17,139 bases of DNA from Fidelibacterota bacterium (GTDB taxonomy: Bacteria > Fidelibacterota > Marinisomatia > Marinisomatales > TCS56), in NCBI GenBank assembly GCA_043822705.1, contig JBDRBK010000192.1:1-17139 (forward strand), read 5' to 3'. Shown piece after piece: positions 10,707-17,058 of this stretch. The translations under genes were made by a program, and so were the position numbers. The notes beneath the pieces were generated by a model, which worked only from the letters and a program-made list of their open reading frames with translations, was not told where the DNA came from and made no database searches. The stretch's first letter is position 1. Each line of letters opens with the position of its first letter.

Positions 10707-13076
10707 ATGATCGCCAATTACTTCAAAATCGCCCTGCGCAATATCTGGCGACACAAAGGTTATTCATCGATCAATATACTGGGACTAGCCATCGGTCTGG
10801 CCTGCAGCCTGCTGATTCTGCTGTGGGTCCAGGAGGAATTGAGCTACGACAAATTCCACACCCAGGCGACCAACCTGTACCGCGTCGAACAGGATCAGAA
10901 TTACAGCGGTAAACTCTATCATGTCAATGTGATGCCCTGGCCCTGCGCGCCAGTCTGGAAGGATGAAATCCCGGAGGTACTGGCCGCGACGCGCTATGGC
11001 TGGTGCGGCGGACAGTATTACCGCTACGGCGATAAATCGTTCATGGAAAATGACGTCCAGGCCGTGGACCCGGATTTCTTCACCATGTTTGACTATACTT
11101 TATTGCGCGGCGATCGCCAGACCGTCATTGACGATCCCAATTCGATCGTGATCGATGAAGCAACGGCAAAAAAATACTTCGGCGATGAGGACCCGCTGGG
11201 AAAGGTTTTAACCGCCAACAATGAATACCCACTCACTGTTACCGGTGTGCTGGCCAAACCGCCTGCCAACAGTATCACCCAACCAAAACTGCTGGTAACA
11301 ATCGAATTCGCCAAAAAAACCGGCAATTATAATGAAAGCTGGGGCAGTAACAATATTCGCAGCTTTGTATTGTTGCAGGAAAACGCCGACCTGGCCGAAG
11401 TCAGCCGCAAACTTACCGAAGTCGTTCATAACCACCGCGATTACAAATCCGACACCGCCTTCATGGCGGCCCCGCTGACGCGGGTGCATCTGTACGGTTA
11501 TTTCGGTTTCAGCGACAGCGGTCAGGCAATTGTCTACATCTACATTTTTTCCATCATCGCCAGTTTCGTGCTGCTGATCGCCTGCATTAATTTCATGAAT
11601 CTGGCCACCGCCCGTTCCGCCAACCGGGCGCGGGAAATCGGTATCCGCAAGGTCGTTGGCGCCCAACGCAGAAACCTGATTTACCAGTTTATCGGCGAAT
11701 CGATCTTACTCTCATTCCTGGCAGTAATTTTAGCACTGTTGTTCGTCTATCTGTTGCTGCCCCTGTTTAATAATATTGCCGCCAAGGAAATTGGTCTCGG
11801 CGCCGTACTGCAGGGACAATTCCTGCTGGGATTGTTGATTATCACCATTTTAACCGGCGTAATCTCCGGCAGCTATCCGGCCCTGTTCCTGTCGGCTTTC
11901 CGGCCGGTGAAAGTGCTGAAGGGACAACTAACCACCGGACGCAGCCAGACCCTGCGCAAAGGACTGGTTATTTTCCAATTCACCCTGTCGATTGTGCTTA
12001 CCATCGGAACGCTGATCATTTACCAGCAACTGAATTTCATGCGCACCAAGGACCTGGGTTTCGATCAGGAACAGGTGATCTCCGTAGGCATCCGCGGAGA
12101 AATCGGGAAAAGTTATGACGCTTTGAAGACCGAATTAAACCAGCTACCCCAAGTACTGGGCGTGTCCGCTTCATCGCACCGGCCCACCAATATCGGGAGT
12201 AATTCCGGTGGTGCCGAATGGGATGGCAAAGACCCTGATTATGAGCTGGTGGTGGGCATGAGTTCGGTGGATTTTGATTATATCGAAACAATGCAAATCA
12301 AGATGGTGCAGGGTCGGGCTTTTTCCAAAGAATTCCCATCCGATGCGGCCGATGATAATAATATTGCCTTTATTATCAATGAGACTTTCGCCAAAATTAT
12401 CGGTAAGGATCCGATCCTTAATGAAAATCTGAAATTTGTCGGCAGCGAAGGTCCGATCATCGGTGTCATGAAGGATTTTCATTTTCGCTCGGTGCACAAT
12501 GAAATTGAACCGTTGGCGATATTTATTTATCCGCCGATGTTTAATAATATGTTAATCCGATTTGCCCCCGGCGACGTCACCCAATCGCTGGCGGCCGTTG
12601 AAGCGGGCTGGAATCGAATCTTACCGAATTATCCCTTTGACTACCGCTTCCTTGACGAGGATATCGAAATGATGTACCGGGACGAAGTGAGTATGAGTCA
12701 ACTGGTTAAATATTTTTCAATCCTGGCGATCATTATTGCCTGTTTGGGTCTGTTCGGGCTGGCTTCATTCACCGCCGAGCAACGCACCAAGGAAATCGGC
12801 ATCCGCAAAGTTCTGGGAGCCACCGCCGCCAACCTGGTTTTGTTACTGTCAAATCAGTTTACCAAGTGGGTACTGATCGCCAACCTGATCGCCTTCCCCC
12901 TGGCCTGGCTGGTGGTGAGCAAATACCTGGAAAATTATGCCTACCGGATTGATTTGGGAATCGGACCGTTCCTGCTGGCGGGTTTGCTGGCTCTGGGCAT
13001 CGCCCTGCTGACCGTCAGTTTCCAGGCCTTCAAGGCCGCCCTGGCCAACCCGGTAAAGGCGTTGAAATACGAATAG
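10707..13076 (+). CDS. ABC transporter permease, duplicated MacB/FtsX type (paralogue 5, 789 aa)
   Basis: ACINFMNLATARSANRAREIGIRK, RTKEIGIRKVLGA, C-terminal NPVKALKYE. SD AGGAGG in a 20-nt gap. Confidence 0.95.
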   Translation: MIANYFKIALRNIWRHKGYSSINILGLAIGLACSLLILLWVQEELSYDKFHTQATNLYRVEQDQNYSGKLYHVNVMPWPCAPVWKDEIPEVLAATRYGWCGGQYYRYGDKSFMENDVQAVDPDFFTMFDYTLLRGDRQTVIDDPNSIVIDEATAKKYFGDEDPLGKVLTANNEYPLTVTGVLAKPPANSITQPKLLVTIEFAKKTGNYNESWGSNNIRSFVLLQENADLAEVSRKLTEVVHNHRDYKSDTAFMAAPLTRVHLYGYFGFSDSGQAIVYIYIFSIIASFVLLIACINFMNLATARSANRAREIGIRKVVGAQRRNLIYQFIGESILLSFLAVILALLFVYLLLPLFNNIAAKEIGLGAVLQGQFLLGLLIITILTGVISGSYPALFLSAFRPVKVLKGQLTTGRSQTLRKGLVIFQFTLSIVLTIGTLIIYQQLNFMRTKDLGFDQEQVISVGIRGEIGKSYDALKTELNQLPQVLGVSASSHRPTNIGSNSGGAEWDGKDPDYELVVGMSSVDFDYIETMQIKMVQGRAFSKEFPSDAADDNNIAFIINETFAKIIGKDPILNENLKFVGSEGPIIGVMKDFHFRSVHNEIEPLAIFIYPPMFNNMLIRFAPGDVTQSLAAVEAGWNRILPNYPFDYRFLDEDIEMMYRDEVSMSQLVKYFSILAIIIACLGLFGLASFTAEQRTKEIGIRKVLGATAANLVLLLSNQFTKWVLIANLIAFPLAWLVVSKYLENYAYRIDLGIGPFLLAGLLALGIALLTVSFQAFKAALANPVKALKYE

Positions 13077-13090
13077 CGACACTTTATTCC

Positions 13091-15496
13091 ATGTTGGTCA
13101 ATTACCTGAAAGTTGCTTTCCGTAATATCTGGCGCCAGCGGGGATATTCTTTTCTGACCTTGCTGGGACTGTCTGTGGGACTGACCTGCGCACTGCTGAT
13201 CGCCTTGTATGTGCGCTTCGAGTTAAGCTACGACCGCTTTCACCAACACGCCGATAATCTGTACCGGGTAGTCAATTTCAATGCGGAGTTGTCCGGTGTT
13301 TTTGGTAATTCCAACTGGAACAACAGCACCTGCGGACTGCTGGCCCCCACCCTCCAAAGCGAGTTCCTGGAGGTAGCGAATGCCACCCGCGTACGCGCAA
13401 TAACAACAATTGTCGGTGCAAATTCAAAAGCCTTTGCCGATCAATCCCTCTATGTGGTTGATGGGTCTTTTCTGGAAATGTTTAATTTCCCGCTGCTACA
13501 GGGTGATTGGTCAACCGCGCTAAATCAACCCCATTCGATTTGTATCAGTGAGGAACTGGCCCGCCGCTGCTTCGGCACCGAAAACCCGCTTGGTAAATCC
13601 ATTCGCGTCGATAACCGCCACGATTTGATCGTCACCGCCGTACTACGGGATCTGCCGGACAACACCCATTTTGCTTTCGACGCCCTGGCGTCGTTTGACC
13701 TGATCTATGAACGAAAACAGCAGACCTGGGTGGACGGCTGGAACAGCCAGTATTTCAAGACCTATGTGCAACTGGGCGAAGGTCATAATCTACTGGCGCT
13801 GCAAAGCAAGCTACCCGGTTTCATCGATACCTATATTGGCAATCCGGACAATTTCAAATATCGACTGGAACCGGTGACCGCTATTCACCTCTACGGCCAT
13901 AACAATTTTGAACTGACCGAAAACAGCGATATCCGCTATATCTATTTTTATGCGACGATCGCCTTTTTTATCCTGCTGATCGCCTGTTTCAATTACATCA
14001 ACCTGTTCACCGCCCGTTCGGCTCTGCGTCACCGCGAAGTAGGCCTGCGGAAAGTGCTGGGCGCCAACCAGAACCAATTGAAATTGCAGTTCCTGGGTGA
14101 AGCAGTCATTTTTACTGGACTGGCATTTATGATTGCTTTGGTCTTATCCCGGGTATTGTTGCCCCTATTTTCACAACTAATCGGCCAGCGACTCGATCTG
14201 GGGCTGGTAGGCGGCCCGGCTACCTTGGTTCTGATTGCAATTCTGGTATTGCTGATTGCAGTTCTAACCGGCGGCTATCCGGCCCTGCTGCTGGCCAGGC
14301 AGTCTCCTTTGACCAGCATTAAGGGACAGGTGTCCACGCGCCACTCCGGCTCGGTAAATTTCCACAACGGTTTGGTAATAATCCAATTATTGATTACCAT
14401 GGTGCTGATTGTCAGTACTCTGGTTATTACTAAGCAGCTCAGTTACATCCACAGCAAAGAATTGGGATTTAATCGTTCTCAGGTTTTGACGGTCACTGTC
14501 CGCGATGAAGGTATCAAGAATAGTTATCAGAATCTGATCAACGAAATTAACCGGATTCCGGCCGTCACCGGTGTAACCGTTTCCCATGATCTGCCCACCT
14601 TTATGGAATCGGCGGGCCAGTGCAATCTCACGGTTGACGGCAAAGAAGGCACGCTGTTCACTTACCTGACATCGGTCGATTACAATTTTCTTGATTTTTA
14701 TGCGATTGAACTGACCCGGGGGCGGGCTTTTTCACCGGCGGTCACCAGCGACCGGCAGCAGGCCTATATCGTGAACGAAACATTCCTGGAAAAAACCGGT
14801 CTCAAGGATCCTCTCAATACACCAATCGGTTTTGGCCGGGCGGATGAGAGTGGATCGATCATCGGCGTGATCAGTGATTTCAATTTTCTGCCCCTTCAAC
14901 TGGAAATTGAGCCGCTGGTGCTGCGCCTGAATGACCGTCGCGGGGCGTTGGCGGAAGGAATCCAGTATTTCTCCTTACGAATCAGTTCCACCGCTATGCC
15001 CGTGTCCATACACCAGTTGGAGGACCTGTTTTCCGCGTTTTCACCGGGCTATCCGTTTGAATATGCCTTTCTGGACGAGCGCTTCGACAATATGTATCGC
15101 AGCGAGCAGAAAATGCAGCAACTGTTCTTCAGTTTTACGGCCCTGGCAATCCTGATCGCCGGCCTGGGCTTAGTCGGTTTGGCGGCTTTTTCCACCAGAC
15201 AAAAATACCGGGAAATCGCTATTCGCAAGGTACTGGGGGCAACCGAGCTCAATATTCTGGCAATGCTCGTCGGCGAATTCCTGCGCCTGGTGGCAATCGC
15301 GGCATTGATCGCGTTACCAGCAGCATTTATTGTCATGGAGCGCTGGCTCGGCAATTTCAGCTACCGGGTAACGGTGGGCGGCGATACATTGTTGCTGGCG
15401 GTTCTGTCGGCACTGATAGTGTCAATCCTGACGGTGGGGTACCAGGCGCTGCAGGCCGCCCGGACCGCACCGGCAGTAACTTTGAAACATGAATAA
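13091..15496 (+). CDS. ABC transporter permease, duplicated MacB/FtsX type (paralogue 6, divergent, 801 aa)
   Basis: Same architecture with drifted motifs: ACFNYINLFTARSALRHREVGLRK, KYREIAIRKVLGA, C-terminal APAVTLKHE. No SD in the 14-nt gap. Confidence 0.93.
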   Translation: MLVNYLKVAFRNIWRQRGYSFLTLLGLSVGLTCALLIALYVRFELSYDRFHQHADNLYRVVNFNAELSGVFGNSNWNNSTCGLLAPTLQSEFLEVANATRVRAITTIVGANSKAFADQSLYVVDGSFLEMFNFPLLQGDWSTALNQPHSICISEELARRCFGTENPLGKSIRVDNRHDLIVTAVLRDLPDNTHFAFDALASFDLIYERKQQTWVDGWNSQYFKTYVQLGEGHNLLALQSKLPGFIDTYIGNPDNFKYRLEPVTAIHLYGHNNFELTENSDIRYIYFYATIAFFILLIACFNYINLFTARSALRHREVGLRKVLGANQNQLKLQFLGEAVIFTGLAFMIALVLSRVLLPLFSQLIGQRLDLGLVGGPATLVLIAILVLLIAVLTGGYPALLLARQSPLTSIKGQVSTRHSGSVNFHNGLVIIQLLITMVLIVSTLVITKQLSYIHSKELGFNRSQVLTVTVRDEGIKNSYQNLINEINRIPAVTGVTVSHDLPTFMESAGQCNLTVDGKEGTLFTYLTSVDYNFLDFYAIELTRGRAFSPAVTSDRQQAYIVNETFLEKTGLKDPLNTPIGFGRADESGSIIGVISDFNFLPLQLEIEPLVLRLNDRRGALAEGIQYFSLRISSTAMPVSIHQLEDLFSAFSPGYPFEYAFLDERFDNMYRSEQKMQQLFFSFTALAILIAGLGLVGLAAFSTRQKYREIAIRKVLGATELNILAMLVGEFLRLVAIAALIALPAAFIVMERWLGNFSYRVTVGGDTLLLAVLSALIVSILTVGYQALQAARTAPAVTLKHE

Positions 15497-15507
15497 GAGG
15501 AAAGCAA

Positions 15508-15771
15508 ATGAAAGAAATAGTACTGCAAATCCCGACTCTGGACGCAGAGCAGAACATCGATATTGACGTAAAAATCAATGGTCGCAAGCGCTCGCTGAAA
15601 TACCGGGTGGAAATCGTCGATTTCGACCGAATTGAATCGGGTAAAGATGACAAGGTGGCGGTGCTGAGGAAGGTCATCAAGGAACATGACAAGGACTGGG
15701 AGCTGATCCAGATCGGGGCGCCGATCACCAACAATATTCCGATCATGTTCCGCAAGCGCGGCGAAAAGTAG
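15508..15771 (+). CDS. Hypothetical small soluble protein (87 aa), last gene of the ABC operon
   Basis: ATG start with SD GAGGA immediately after the permease 6 stop (11-nt gap), natural-looking charged alpha/beta composition, followed by a hairpin. No signal peptide or TM segment visible. Confidence 0.8.
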   Translation: MKEIVLQIPTLDAEQNIDIDVKINGRKRSLKYRVEIVDFDRIESGKDDKVAVLRKVIKEHDKDWELIQIGAPITNNIPIMFRKRGEK

Positions 15772-15793
15772 CTGACACTTCCTTCCTTCTCCG

Positions 15794-15832
15794 GGGAATT
15801 ATCGTCAGGCTGCTCAGTTGATGATAATTCCC
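15794..15832 (+). terminator. Stem-loop, probable terminator or 3' stabilising hairpin of the ABC operon
   Basis: GGGAATTATCGTCA (15794-15807) pairs with TGATGATAATTCCC (15819-15832): 14 bp including one G-U, 11-nt loop, 22 nt after the 87-aa gene stop. The U-tract is weak and offset (AATTGAAGTTTTCTT). Confidence 0.6.
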
Positions 15833-15846
15833 AATTGAAGTTTTCT

Positions 15847-15874
15847 TAGCTCTTCGCTCCGAGCTCTTTGCTCA
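15847..15874. repeat. Degenerate heptamer tandem repeat NNGCTCN x4
   Basis: TAGCTCT TCGCTCC GAGCTCT TTGCTCA; equivalently AGCTCTTYGCTC twice at 14-bp period. Confidence 0.5.
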
Positions 15875-15881
15875 ATCTTGC

Positions 15882-15910
15882 TTGCTTTTTTCATTCTACG
15901 AGTGTAATAT
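15882..15910 (+). promoter_or_regulatory. Putative sigma70-type promoter of lexA
   Basis: TTGCTT (15882-15887), 17-bp spacer, TAATAT (15905-15910). An overlapping alternative -10 is TATACT (15908-15913). Confidence 0.55.
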
Positions 15911-15931
15911 ACTTACGAGTAACTTACGAGT
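15897..15931 (+). promoter_or_regulatory. Candidate LexA operator: direct repeats TACGAGT x3 (ACTTACGAGT x2)
   Basis: TACGAGT at 15897, 15914 and 15925; perfect ACTTACGAGT at 15911-15920 and 15922-15931. The repeats flank the -10 and cover the predicted +1. lexA genes are typically autoregulated. Confidence 0.55.
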
Positions 15932-15935
15932 TTTT

Positions 15936-16541
15936 ATGTCACGGCCATTATCCGTCAAACAACAAAATTTTTTGGATTTCGTCCGGCGTTATGCGCTGGA
16001 GAACGGTGAGCCGCCCACGTACGAAGAAATTCGCGACGGCCTGGGATTAACCTCCCTGGGCACCGTGAACTGGTACGTAACCACCCTCGTGCAGGCCGGC
16101 TTCCTGCTGCGGGCCAAGGGTCCCAACGGGAAGCGGGCCCTGCAACTGGCCGGGGCGACCGCCACCCCGGCCCAACTGCCGCTGCTGGGAGTCATCGCCG
16201 CCGGCGCTCCCATCGCCGCCGTGGAAAACCGGGAGAGCCTGGAAGTCCCCGCCCGCCTGGCTCACCCGGAAAATTACGTGCTGCAAGTCCGGGGCGATTC
16301 CATGATCGACGACAATATCCAGGATGGCGATTTCGTGGTGATCCGCAAAACCGCCGACGCCCAGACCGGCCAGACGGTGGTGGCCCTGATCAACGGCGAC
16401 GCCACCCTGAAACGCTACCACCCCCGGCCCGGCGGCGTGGAACTGCACCCCCGCAACCCCGCCTACCCAGTGATCAAGATTGATCCCAACGACGACTTCC
16501 GCATCAACGGCGTGGTGCTGTTCGTTTTCCGGCAGTACTAG
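15936..16541 (+). CDS. lexA: LexA-family SOS transcriptional repressor (201 aa from ATG 15936)
   Basis: N-terminal winged HTH (LSVKQQNFLDFV...GEPPTYEEIRDGLGLTS), Ala-Gly autocleavage site in LPLLGVIAAGAP, catalytic Ser in VRGDSM and Lys in ATLKR (peptidase S24). The ATG start gives a typical LexA length, whereas the track's TTG at 15882 falls in the promoter. Confidence 0.92.
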   Translation: MSRPLSVKQQNFLDFVRRYALENGEPPTYEEIRDGLGLTSLGTVNWYVTTLVQAGFLLRAKGPNGKRALQLAGATATPAQLPLLGVIAAGAPIAAVENRESLEVPARLAHPENYVLQVRGDSMIDDNIQDGDFVVIRKTADAQTGQTVVALINGDATLKRYHPRPGGVELHPRNPAYPVIKIDPNDDFRINGVVLFVFRQY

Positions 16542-16593
16542 ATCCATAATGTAATGCGATAAACTGGTGTGAAGTGCCACTTGGATGTGGGTA

Positions 16594-16631
16594 GTGGTCA
16601 ATAATAGTCAATGGTCATTTGTCAGTAGTCA
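16594..16631. repeat. Degenerate heptamer array NNNGTCA x5, inverted counterpart of the downstream CCATTGA array
   Basis: GTGGTCA (ata) ATAGTCA ATGGTCA TTTGTCA GTAGTCA. ATGGTCA is the exact reverse complement of TGACCAT. Followed by T and G8 (16633-16640). Confidence 0.8.
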
Positions 16632-16688
16632 TGGGGGGGGTAGTACTTCACAGCAACCGTTAAATATACTGAAAGCGAGGAATAATCT

Positions 16689-17058
16689 ATGCAACTGGAA
16701 GAATTAACCGTCTACCAGACAGCCATGGAGATTGGAAAAGACATTTGGATAACCGTGGATAAATGGGATTATTTTGAAAAAAAACAGTCTTGGTAGACAG
16801 CTTGTCAGGGCAGCTGATTCGGTAGCTGCAAATCTGAGTGAGGGTTATGGTCGATATCATTACAAGGAAAATCGCCAATTCGCTTATTACAGCCGCGGTT
16901 CGCTCTACGAAACAAAAACCTGGCTGAAAAAGGCACAGCAACGCGAATTGATTACCAGCAATGATTATGAAAACCTGATCAGGAAAATCACAATTCTAAT
17001 GAAGCAGCTAAACAGTTACATAAAAAGCATCGGCCAATCCTCCGCCCCCACCCATTGA
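16689..17058 (+). pseudogene. Four-helix-bundle protein (23S rRNA-IVP / TIGR02436-like), frameshifted at an A8 run; 122 aa if one A is removed
   Basis: SD GAGGA at 16677-16681, ATG 16689. Frame 1 reads MQLEELTVYQTAMEIGKDIWITVDKWDYFEK and stops at TAG 16794-16796. The +1 frame continues NSLGRQLVRAADSVAANLSEGYGR...RQFAYYSRGSLYETKTWL...LNSYIKS, matching the family pattern 'L.VY..A...QL.RAA.S...N..EG.GR...F...SRGSL.E'. The junction is A8 at 16777-16784. Confidence 0.85.

Noticed and set aside
15778..15792. CTTC x3 pyrimidine run after the 87-aa gene
   Set aside because: Too short to distinguish from chance low-complexity sequence.
15882..15935. ORF-track TTG start giving an 18-aa N-terminal extension of LexA
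   Set aside because: The extension has no LexA similarity and coincides with the predicted -35/-10 and the repeats. ATG 15936 gives a normal N-terminus.
15936..16541. UmuD or phage CI-type repressor instead of LexA
   Set aside because: It has a full LexA-type winged-HTH N-terminus (PPT..EI...LG..S), and there are no adjacent umuC or phage genes.
16572..16590. AAGTG-C-CACTT and CCAC-N6-GTGG mini-palindromes as a lexA terminator
   Set aside because: Stems are only 4-5 bp, the loop is impossible or weak, and there is no U-tract.
16774..17058. 94-aa ORF as a complete independent gene
   Set aside because: It has a TTG start with no RBS and lacks helix 1, which is encoded in the adjacent frame from ATG 16689.
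16689..17058. Diversity-generating retroelement (Avd) or a true 23S rRNA intervening sequence
   Set aside because: No reverse transcriptase, no TR/VR pair and no rRNA sequence in the window. DNA beyond 17139 cannot be assessed.
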